From Bacteroidales bacterium (GTDB lineage Bacteria > Bacteroidota > Bacteroidia > Bacteroidales > UBA4181): DNA of 64,000 bases. Each line of letters opens with the position of its first letter. The stretch's first letter is position 1. Shown here piece by piece: positions 56,725-64,000 of this stretch. A model generated the notes under the pieces. It did no database searches and was not told where the DNA came from. It saw only the letters and a program-made list of their open reading frames with translations. Position numbers and translations under genes: made by a program. The stretch covers positions 1,098-65,097 of the forward strand of contig JAISOY010000173.1 in NCBI GenBank assembly GCA_031275285.1, written 5' to 3'.

Positions 56725-57806
56725 TTTCTTTTATTTTTCTTCAGGAAGATATCTAAATAAACCGGGAGGTGATCACTGATCCCGTTGTTGTATTTTTGTC
56801 CGATATAGGTCCGGTAAGGTTTAACTCCCGAATAACGTTCATCCGGTTCGAATAGGTGATCTGCACGGAAAATATGACAATGGCCTGCATTCGTTTGTAT
56901 ACTGTTTTTAGTAGAGAGTAAACTCCCTGAGACGATCATCTGGTCATAAACAAACCATCTGCCCTGATATTTTATAGTTCCTGTTTTTTCCCCGGTTTTA
57001 TAAGCCGTTAGGTTGAAGAGATTGGCCATTTTATTTTGAGATGTATCCTGTAAAGCTTTCAGTTCTTTTAAGACACTTTTATCTGATGGATTATCATTCA
57101 TATCTCCGGTAATGATTATATTGGCCCATGGGTTCCTGGCATAGATAGAGTCCACTTTTTCGCGTAATAACGATGCTGCCAGCATACGGGCCGGTTCGCT
57201 TTGGCGTTGTCCGCCGCTGCGCGAGGGCCAGTGGTTGGCGAAAATATGTAAAGTGTCGCTATTTCCGGCCAGCATTGTCGCATACACAATATCACGTGTT
57301 CGTTTCCGGTTATCGGGGAATCGGACACGAATGAATTGCTGGCGGATACATTTCAGATAATCATTTCTGTACAATATGGCGACATCGATACCCCGCTGGT
57401 CCGGAGAATCCTTATGAATAATGCGATAGGGATATTTCATGAGCGGCGTCCGTTTGGTCAATTCATCCAGGACAAACCTGTTTTCCACTTCGCACAAGGC
57501 GATCAGCGCTGGAGGATCCCATTCACCGACATTTGCAATAACACGGAATAATGCATTCCTTTTGGCCAGGTACCTGCTTTGTGTCCATCTCATCTGACCT
57601 TCAGGAGTGAATGGATTATCGTTGGTGGAGGGATCATTTTCCGTATCGAAAAAATTCTCCACGTTATAGAACATCAACCGGAGAAAAGTATTTCCCTGTT
57701 CATGGATTTTCTGGCTGTAACCAAAGGTAAAGGAGGAATAAAGAAATAAAAAGGACAAAATGATTTTTTGTCCTTTCATGAGATACTGCCTGGATGTATG
57801 TATCAT
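56721..57806 (-). CDS. endonuclease/exonuclease/phosphatase (EEP) family protein, secreted
   Basis: FYNVENFFD near the N-terminus, GDMND, and terminal SDHLPVYLD. Confidence 0.75.
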   Translation of the reverse strand: MIHTSRQYLMKGQKIILSFLFLYSSFTFGYSQKIHEQGNTFLRLMFYNVENFFDTENDPSTNDNPFTPEGQMRWTQSRYLAKRNALFRVIANVGEWDPPALIALCEVENRFVLDELTKRTPLMKYPYRIIHKDSPDQRGIDVAILYRNDYLKCIRQQFIRVRFPDNRKRTRDIVYATMLAGNSDTLHIFANHWPSRSGGQRQSEPARMLAASLLREKVDSIYARNPWANIIITGDMNDNPSDKSVLKELKALQDTSQNKMANLFNLTAYKTGEKTGTIKYQGRWFVYDQMIVSGSLLSTKNSIQTNAGHCHIFRADHLFEPDERYSGVKPYRTYIGQKYNNGISDHLPVYLDIFLKKNKRN

Positions 57807-57812
57807 AAATGA

Positions 57813-58700
57813 TCAATCGCTTTTTCTCGATTCATCAATATTCTTAATTGTTTCACGTAAAAAGGCTTCAAATGGGACGGCAAATTCTTTCCGGCGTAAT
57901 GCAAATTCAACGGTTGTTTTCAGAAAATCCATTTTGTTCCCTATGTCATAACGTTTTCCCTCGATAGTTGAAGAGATAATGTTCTCCTGTTTTAATAATA
58001 AACGTAAAGCGTCCGTTAATTGTATTTCATTTCCTTTTCCCTTAGCCGTTTTCTCAATTGCCGGAAATATTTGCGGTGTTAGCACATACCTTCCTGCGAT
58101 AGCGAGATTGGATGGGGCCTTTTTTACTTCCGGTTTCTCCACCAATTCAGAGAGCTGCATGATCCGGTTGTTTAATTTCGTTCCACCTACAATGCCGTAG
58201 CGCGATACTTTATCATGGGGTACTTCTTCAACCGCAATGACACACTGATGGTACTGTTCATAAGCATCAATTAACTGTTGGGTTACCGGAATTACAGAAT
58301 TGATGATCGTATCACCGAGTAATACCGCAAAAGGCTCATTCCCGCAATGGAACCGGGCATGATAGATCGCATCTCCCAGGCCATTCAATTCTTTTTGACG
58401 GATAAAGTGGATATTGGCCATATCCTCAATATGACGGATCTGGTTGTATAAGATCTCATCTTCTTTCTCCTGGATACGGGTTTCCAATTCGAAATTGCGA
58501 TCAAAATGATCTTCGATAGAACGTTTCCCTTTTCCGGAAATGATCAGAATATCTTCGATGCCTGAATCCACACATTCCTGAACTACATACTGGATAGTTG
58601 GGGTGTCAATAATGGGTAGCATTTCTTTAGGTTGGGCCTTGGTGGCAGGCAGAAACCGGGTACCGAACCCGGCCGCAGGAATTACAGCTTTTCTTACCAT
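57813..58700 (-). CDS. galU: UTP-glucose-1-phosphate uridylyltransferase
   Basis: AAGFGTRFLPATKAQPKEMLPI signature. 295 aa. Confidence 0.92.
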   Translation of the reverse strand: MVRKAVIPAAGFGTRFLPATKAQPKEMLPIIDTPTIQYVVQECVDSGIEDILIISGKGKRSIEDHFDRNFELETRIQEKEDEILYNQIRHIEDMANIHFIRQKELNGLGDAIYHARFHCGNEPFAVLLGDTIINSVIPVTQQLIDAYEQYHQCVIAVEEVPHDKVSRYGIVGGTKLNNRIMQLSELVEKPEVKKAPSNLAIAGRYVLTPQIFPAIEKTAKGKGNEIQLTDALRLLLKQENIISSTIEGKRYDIGNKMDFLKTTVEFALRRKEFAVPFEAFLRETIKNIDESRKSD

Positions 58701-58748
58701 TTACATTCAATAATTATGATGAAGTTCAATATAAATTTCCGTTAAAAA

Positions 58749-59744
58749 TTATAATACATAGGGTTTGATCACCCTGGCATTGATTTTTTTCAGGTTGACC
58801 ACCAGCTTGCTCAAGGTTTCATCATCAGGATACATGCCGATAATGGCTCCCCCGGAACCGGAAAATTTGGCCGATGCTCCTGATTTACGTGCCGTATGTA
58901 CCAGCTCCATATTACTGTCGGATATATTCATGATGTTACAGCGTAGATCAAAATTCCGGTTGATCAGTTCATTGAGGGTTCCGTAATCCTTTTTCAGGAT
59001 TGCTGTTTTTCCCAGTTCGGCGACTTCAGCCAGTTCATCAATGGTTTTTAACACCTGTTCATCCCCTTTTTCATAACGTTCTTTCAGGTTATTGAAAACG
59101 GTACCGGAAACTTTGCTTAAATCTGTTTTATATGCCAGATATAATTTAGGAAGTAAAGACGGATCAATTCGTTCATATTTTCCATGGTGGTGCTCTTCCA
59201 TATACTTCCTGTTGAAATCCATATAAACACAACCTTCATATACCTGTATCACCCTGTCCTGAAGGCCGGCGTTAATCGCCAGTTCTTCCATTTCAGCAGC
59301 CAGTATGATGCTGGGCAATGTTTCGATAGGGATTTCTACCTGATAGAATTGCATCAGGGCACGTATGGTAGCAGTGGCAATAGCGCTTGATCCGGCTAAT
59401 CCGACCTGTCTTGGAATGGACGACTGGTAACGGATCGTGAAGTTCTTATTGGCCAGCCTGATATCGTTCTGCTCACAATATTCACAAAAACGTTTGATAA
59501 TGGCCTTTATTAAACGGCGCCCTCCGTAGTATCCATTTTGCCTGATGGTTTCTGTTAGATGATAAATATTACGAAAGCTATTCCGGTCGACTTCAGTCTC
59601 TTCTATCACTAATTCCGGAGTCTGGTAAAGGGAAATAATAGCTCCGAAGTTTTTTACAATGATGGAAATAGTCTTCCCAAAGTATCCGTCGGAAGGATTT
59701 CCTAATAATCCTGCACGGGCATACGCTCTGCTTTCTATGATCAT
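58749..59744 (-). CDS. GHMP-family sugar kinase
   Basis: GHMP motif II PRQVGLAGSSAIATA. Adjacent to galU. Confidence 0.72.
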   Translation of the reverse strand: MIIESRAYARAGLLGNPSDGYFGKTISIIVKNFGAIISLYQTPELVIEETEVDRNSFRNIYHLTETIRQNGYYGGRRLIKAIIKRFCEYCEQNDIRLANKNFTIRYQSSIPRQVGLAGSSAIATATIRALMQFYQVEIPIETLPSIILAAEMEELAINAGLQDRVIQVYEGCVYMDFNRKYMEEHHHGKYERIDPSLLPKLYLAYKTDLSKVSGTVFNNLKERYEKGDEQVLKTIDELAEVAELGKTAILKKDYGTLNELINRNFDLRCNIMNISDSNMELVHTARKSGASAKFSGSGGAIIGMYPDDETLSKLVVNLKKINARVIKPYVL

Positions 59745-59968
59745 TATTATTTCTTATTAAAATGCAAAACTACCAAATAAAATATAAATATTTTTGTCTG
59801 TCAAGCATCAAATGATACCAGGTAATTTATATTCTTGTCAAAAATAGCAAAAAACAAGTTATATTTGTAATGATTGTAATAAAAGTTTCAAATGCTTCAT
59901 TGGCCGATAGATGACACAATTACGTCGCGCAGGTGAAGGATGCAAATATTGTCATGTACTAGTCCTTA

Positions 59969-61807
59969 ATGTCCATCCGTACATATTATATTTCTATTTT
60001 CATTTTTATATGGTGCGACCTTTTTACCGTGCAGGCTCAGGAGGTCTTTTCTGACAGTGTGGATGAAAGCGTGAAAGGAAAATTTTACCAAAGGGATACT
60101 TCATCAGCCAGATGGATCAGGAGTTTAAAAAACGTGATCCTTATTTCACCCAAAAACGAATCCGTGGCAGATACATTTAATGTTGAATCATACGTGGATG
60201 AGAATATCGGGGCAACAGGGCGTGTCATCAAAAAGATAAATATCATACGTCTGGAACCTTTTGGAGGAGATATTCACGGAGCTACTGACAAAAAAAATTC
60301 ATTTTTAGGAAGTGTCGGCAATACTGTTCATATAGATACCCGTGAATTCATTATCCGCAATGCTCTTTTCTTTCAGGAAGGTGATACGATTGATGTCCTG
60401 AAGCTTTATGATTCGGAGCGTTATCTCCGTCATTTACGTTTTATCGACGATGCCCTTATCAGGGTCGATCCGGTTGGGGATGATGAAGCAGAAGTGACGG
60501 TCATTACACAGGATATTTTTCCTTATGGGGTGGATTTTGGAACTAATTTTTCATCAAGGGTCAATTTAGCGTTATCCAACAGGAATATTATCGGGTTTGG
60601 GCTCGAAACCAAGGCCGGTGTATTTGTCGATTCGAAAAAAGACCATCTGATGGGATATGAGTTCATCATAAGGAAAGATAATATCCGGAATACCCATGTT
60701 TCAACTGAGGCGGAATATCTGGACAGGTATGAAACCAGGAAGATAGGGATCTCATTTAATCGTGATTTTTATACGCCAAGTACCAAATATGCCGGTAATA
60801 TTACCCTATACAATAACCAGATAGGTGTAAATTATTATGATCCCGATTCTTCTTATGCTGAGATCAATCCGGTCCCTGTACGCTTCAATAATTTCGACGG
60901 GTGGATAGGTCGTTCTTTCCAGCTTAAGAAGCATTCTTTCAGCAGGTTGAGTAATAATTTCACGCTGGCATTGAGGGCACAGGAAACCCACTTTCTTCGC
61001 AGGCCTGAAAACTCCGAGAACCGGTATTACCAGTTTCAAAACAGAACGGTTTATCTGGGATCCCTTAGTTACTCGAGGCAGGCACACTATAAAACCAACC
61101 TGATATTTAACTACGGACGGACGGAGGATATTCCATACGGGTATTTATTCTCATTGGTGGGAGGGAAAGAATATAATGAATTATATAACCGGCCTTATTT
61201 TGGCGCAAATGCATCAGCCGGTTTTTTTATCCCGAATTTTGGTTATCTTTCCGGTGCTGCTACCTACGGGACATTTTTTCGCAAAAAAACTACCGAACAA
61301 GGCTCCCTGGATCTTTCCCTGAATTATTTTAGTAACCTTTTTGTTATAGGTAAATTCAGGCAACGTGCATTTACTAATATTCAATATTCCCATCAGCTAA
61401 ATGATCCTATGAATGATTACCTGAGCATTGATGGAGATATGGGGATCCCCGGATTCAAAAACGATTCGGTTTTAGGAAGGTATCGTTTGAATCTTTCATT
61501 GGAATATAATCTTTTCACCCCCTGGAATCTGTATGGATTTCGCTTTGTTACGTATACTTTTGCCAATTTCAGCTGGTTGGGAAATCACAATAAGCCGTTT
61601 ACCGAGAGTACGTTGTATTCTTCGTTTGGTTTAGGTATTCGGGTGAGAAATAACCGGCTGATTATTAATACCATTCAGATACAGTTGGCTTTTTTCCCCA
61701 ATATTCCTAAAAATTCAAGTTTCAGATATATCCACTTAACGAGAGAAACCCTTTTATCTCCCCGTGATTTTTCGCCTAAAGCACCGGAAATAAAATCATT
61801 ATATTAA
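59969..61807 (+). CDS. hypothetical outer-membrane protein (possible Omp85-like barrel)
   Basis: Signal peptide, long beta-rich sequence ending in an aromatic residue (..SLY). The family is not confidently recognised. Confidence 0.5.
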   Translation: MSIRTYYISIFIFIWCDLFTVQAQEVFSDSVDESVKGKFYQRDTSSARWIRSLKNVILISPKNESVADTFNVESYVDENIGATGRVIKKINIIRLEPFGGDIHGATDKKNSFLGSVGNTVHIDTREFIIRNALFFQEGDTIDVLKLYDSERYLRHLRFIDDALIRVDPVGDDEAEVTVITQDIFPYGVDFGTNFSSRVNLALSNRNIIGFGLETKAGVFVDSKKDHLMGYEFIIRKDNIRNTHVSTEAEYLDRYETRKIGISFNRDFYTPSTKYAGNITLYNNQIGVNYYDPDSSYAEINPVPVRFNNFDGWIGRSFQLKKHSFSRLSNNFTLALRAQETHFLRRPENSENRYYQFQNRTVYLGSLSYSRQAHYKTNLIFNYGRTEDIPYGYLFSLVGGKEYNELYNRPYFGANASAGFFIPNFGYLSGAATYGTFFRKKTTEQGSLDLSLNYFSNLFVIGKFRQRAFTNIQYSHQLNDPMNDYLSIDGDMGIPGFKNDSVLGRYRLNLSLEYNLFTPWNLYGFRFVTYTFANFSWLGNHNKPFTESTLYSSFGLGIRVRNNRLIINTIQIQLAFFPNIPKNSSFRYIHLTRETLLSPRDFSPKAPEIKSLY

Positions 61808-61856
61808 ATGTATAATTCCACCCTTTGAGGTTTGGACTTTATAAGGGAAGAAGATG

Positions 61857-62411
61857 TCAAATATCCACAGTATTGATTGTAATTCCTACTTTTTCGGCCA
61901 GTTCACCCAGGGAGGATACCTGGTTTTCCTGAACGGCCGTTAATACGAGTTTGGCACAGGCCTTGGCATCGCTTCCGGCATAATGGTGTAAAAGAGCAAT
62001 GTCGAAACGTTGACATAAGGCATTGAGATTATATGCCGGTAATTTCTTCCAGACCTTCCGGGACATCTGTAAGCTGCATAAATAATCGGACCTGGGATAC
62101 CTGAGATCATAGAGATCCAGTACCGTCCTTAGTACGGATATATCGAAGGAGGCATTGTGGGCCACCAGCGTTTGCCCGTCGAAATAAGGAAACAATTCAT
62201 CCCACATCTGATCGAACGTACGCGCCCTTTCCAGTTCCATGACACTGATCCTGTGTATTTCCTGATAACGTGCGTTCATATAGGGAAAACCATAGGGCTT
62301 GATCAGTAAAGAGCGTTCATCGGTGATCCTTCCGTCCTCTACTACACAGATACCAATCTCACAAGGGATCAGCCCTGCGGAAGTCTCAAAATCTATGGCG
62401 GTAAAATTCAT
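61857..62411 (-). CDS. DnaQ-like 3'-5' exonuclease
   Basis: Exo I AIDFETS, Exo II LVAHNASFD, Exo III HHYAGSDAKA. Confidence 0.85.
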   Translation of the reverse strand: MNFTAIDFETSAGLIPCEIGICVVEDGRITDERSLLIKPYGFPYMNARYQEIHRISVMELERARTFDQMWDELFPYFDGQTLVAHNASFDISVLRTVLDLYDLRYPRSDYLCSLQMSRKVWKKLPAYNLNALCQRFDIALLHHYAGSDAKACAKLVLTAVQENQVSSLGELAEKVGITINTVDI

Positions 62412-62738
62412 GGACGGGGTCTATTTTTAATCCTGTTTCGCTTTGTCAAATATTGTGAAAGCCGGGAAGGCATCGCAATCTTGCTTATATATTTTTCAAA
62501 AATAGAAAAAATCGCTGTTGAAATAACATTTATTGGTAAGAAGTAATGAATGGGGAATTTAACTAGTTTTGCCATTCTTGGTGATAAAGAAAATGACAAA
62601 CAGTACTTCCCGGTCCAAGTATTGGATGTTGAAAGGTTAGAACGAACAAAATAATCAGTTACACCACATGTATGAATGTTTTGATGTCAAGCAAACAGGT
62701 AGCTGTCTGTATCGTCGCATAAACAAAATCAATTAAAT

Positions 62739-63755
62739 GTGAAAAAAATAATACAAATAACCCTTTTCCTTTTTGTAACATTTAGTATTGCAAATGGGCA
62801 GACAAGGTTACAAGTGAAGGAAATTAAATCTAAAAATTATTACACTCATATTCCCACTCAATTAGAATTTCCTAAATCTATATTTTCTGATTTCCAACGG
62901 AAAAACATTCATTCTTTTGATAAGGAAAATAAAAATATTAGTGTTACATATGAAAAAAATGTAAACGGAGAAAAAACAACATTTTCGTTGTATTTGTATC
63001 CAGCTGGCGATGCTTATGAAGGCCGTCTTCGCGAGGAATATCAAAATTCTATACAATCTGTTGCTGCAATGCAGAACAAAGGATTGTATGCCACACAATT
63101 TGCAATGCGACATGTAGGGGCAAAATATGTATGTAATGGTTTTAAAACCATATTTACGGATGAGCAAAAGGATTTATCGCAACTAACAATATTCGAATCC
63201 GGAACCTGGTTTTATAAACTTAGGATTACGACAAACAGGTCAGATACTGCTTTTATGTTAAGTTTAGAGAAGGAAATCCTTCAAAAGTTTGATCCGACAT
63301 CATTAACCGATTTGAATCAGCTCAATGAAAAAATAAGTGTATATTTTTCGAAGTTAGCTTTCGGAGACTCTCTCTTATTAGGCTCTGTCATGGGATCTGC
63401 TTTTAGAAAGATAGACTGGGTAATGGAAAATGTAAAAGAAAATGAAAGAGCGACAGGGTTTCCTGATTTATATTTGAACCTACATGTTGAAGGATTAAAG
63501 GCATTCATGGAATTTCAACATAGAGTTACAACAACAAAAAGTGAATTCACAGAAAATTATTTAAAAGAATTACAGTTAATTTCCGACGCTGATTTTTTAC
63601 CGGAATTTGTAATGGAGCAATTTGAAATGATATTGATAATTCCCGAAAATATGCCGGACAAGTACGATGAATACCTGAAGTGGAAAATAGGAAATAATAT
63701 TTCGATTAACTTAAGCCAAAAGTTTTATGTTTTATCTTTTGATGTAAAAGAATGA
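62739..63755 (+). CDS. secreted hypothetical protein
   Basis: GTG start, signal peptide (ITLFLFVTFSIANGQ), no recognised motif. Confidence 0.45.
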   Translation: MKKIIQITLFLFVTFSIANGQTRLQVKEIKSKNYYTHIPTQLEFPKSIFSDFQRKNIHSFDKENKNISVTYEKNVNGEKTTFSLYLYPAGDAYEGRLREEYQNSIQSVAAMQNKGLYATQFAMRHVGAKYVCNGFKTIFTDEQKDLSQLTIFESGTWFYKLRITTNRSDTAFMLSLEKEILQKFDPTSLTDLNQLNEKISVYFSKLAFGDSLLLGSVMGSAFRKIDWVMENVKENERATGFPDLYLNLHVEGLKAFMEFQHRVTTTKSEFTENYLKELQLISDADFLPEFVMEQFEMILIIPENMPDKYDEYLKWKIGNNISINLSQKFYVLSFDVKE

Positions 63756-63979
63756 ATCCCGTAGTTAACAACCTGTTGTATGAAATTATGACTGTAGCTT
63801 GTCCGAAGGCTTACAAGAAGCGATTTAACTTTGTTGAGCTTACAAGCTCGGTTGGTATTGTGCGGGGCTCTTTCCAGTATCAGGAATTTATGTGCAAATC
63901 TTCCACCCGGACATTTTTACCTGTTATGATAAGAAACGGGTTTATTTCAGCATTAATCAACAGGATAGTAAATGACTAA
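63752..63979 (+). CDS. small hypothetical protein
   Basis: 75-aa ORF with a 4-nt overlap with the preceding gene. No motif. Confidence 0.3.
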   Translation: MNPVVNNLLYEIMTVACPKAYKKRFNFVELTSSVGIVRGSFQYQEFMCKSSTRTFLPVMIRNGFISALINRIVND

Positions 63980-64000
63980 ATAATAACAAAATATCATGAG

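Noticed and set aside
1-64000. Searched by eye for CRISPR arrays, rRNA and tRNA genes
   Set aside because: No regularly spaced 25-40 bp repeats, no rRNA-like conserved blocks and no cloverleaf-like GC-rich ~75-nt segments were seen in intergenic regions. The island targets a protein-gene 3' end, not a tRNA. tRNAscan/Infernal were not run, so small RNAs cannot be excluded.

Overview
The window looks like a Bacteroidota (Bacteroidales-like) chromosome, judged from TTTG/TAnnTTTG promoter motifs and Bacteroides-type integrase, Mob, RteC and DUF3408 genes. Positions 1-24.0 kb and 53.1-64 kb are ordinary chromosome. They carry a D-Ala-D-Ala dipeptidase, a propeller-SpoIIE phosphatase, CDGSH proteins, a radical-SAM/DUF4130 DNA-repair pair, a sigma-54 response regulator, gltBD, glycoside-hydrolase-like genes, an AddB-like nuclease, gmk, yicC, galU, a GHMP kinase and a DnaQ-like exonuclease. 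Between about 24.0 and 53.1 kb lies a ~28-29 kb integrative mobilizable element inserted at the 3' end of a VOC/glyoxalase gene. It is bounded by a 154-bp direct repeat whose first 83 bp are identical, and it has 11-bp integrase arm-type repeats at both ends. Its contents, in order:
- a tyrosine integrase;
- a cargo block: LytS/LytTR two-component system, AraC regulator, ferredoxin/DUF4405, an outer-membrane barrel, TolC-MFP-RND efflux genes and an LpxL-like acyltransferase;
- a frameshifted RteC-like gene, an excisionase-like HTH and an APH(2'')-like phosphotransferase;
- a relaxase/MobC/oriT module with DUF3408 and ParA;
- a conspicuously AT-rich defence islet;
- a RAYT (Y1 transposase) flanked by REP-like inverted repeats at the right junction.
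The main hunt result is in the defence islet: a tightly packed five-gene operon (43.4-50.0 kb). It encodes an XRE/C-protein-like HTH, an amino-DNA methyltransferase, a 740-aa fusion of a MutL/MORC-like GHKL ATPase with a complete histidine-kinase core, a receiver-domain protein with an unknown C-terminal domain, and a large PD-(D/E)xK nuclease-like protein. An AbiEi/AbiEii pair sits next to it. I do not recognise this five-gene combination as a named defence system. All functional calls come from motif reading of the supplied translations. No database search was possible.
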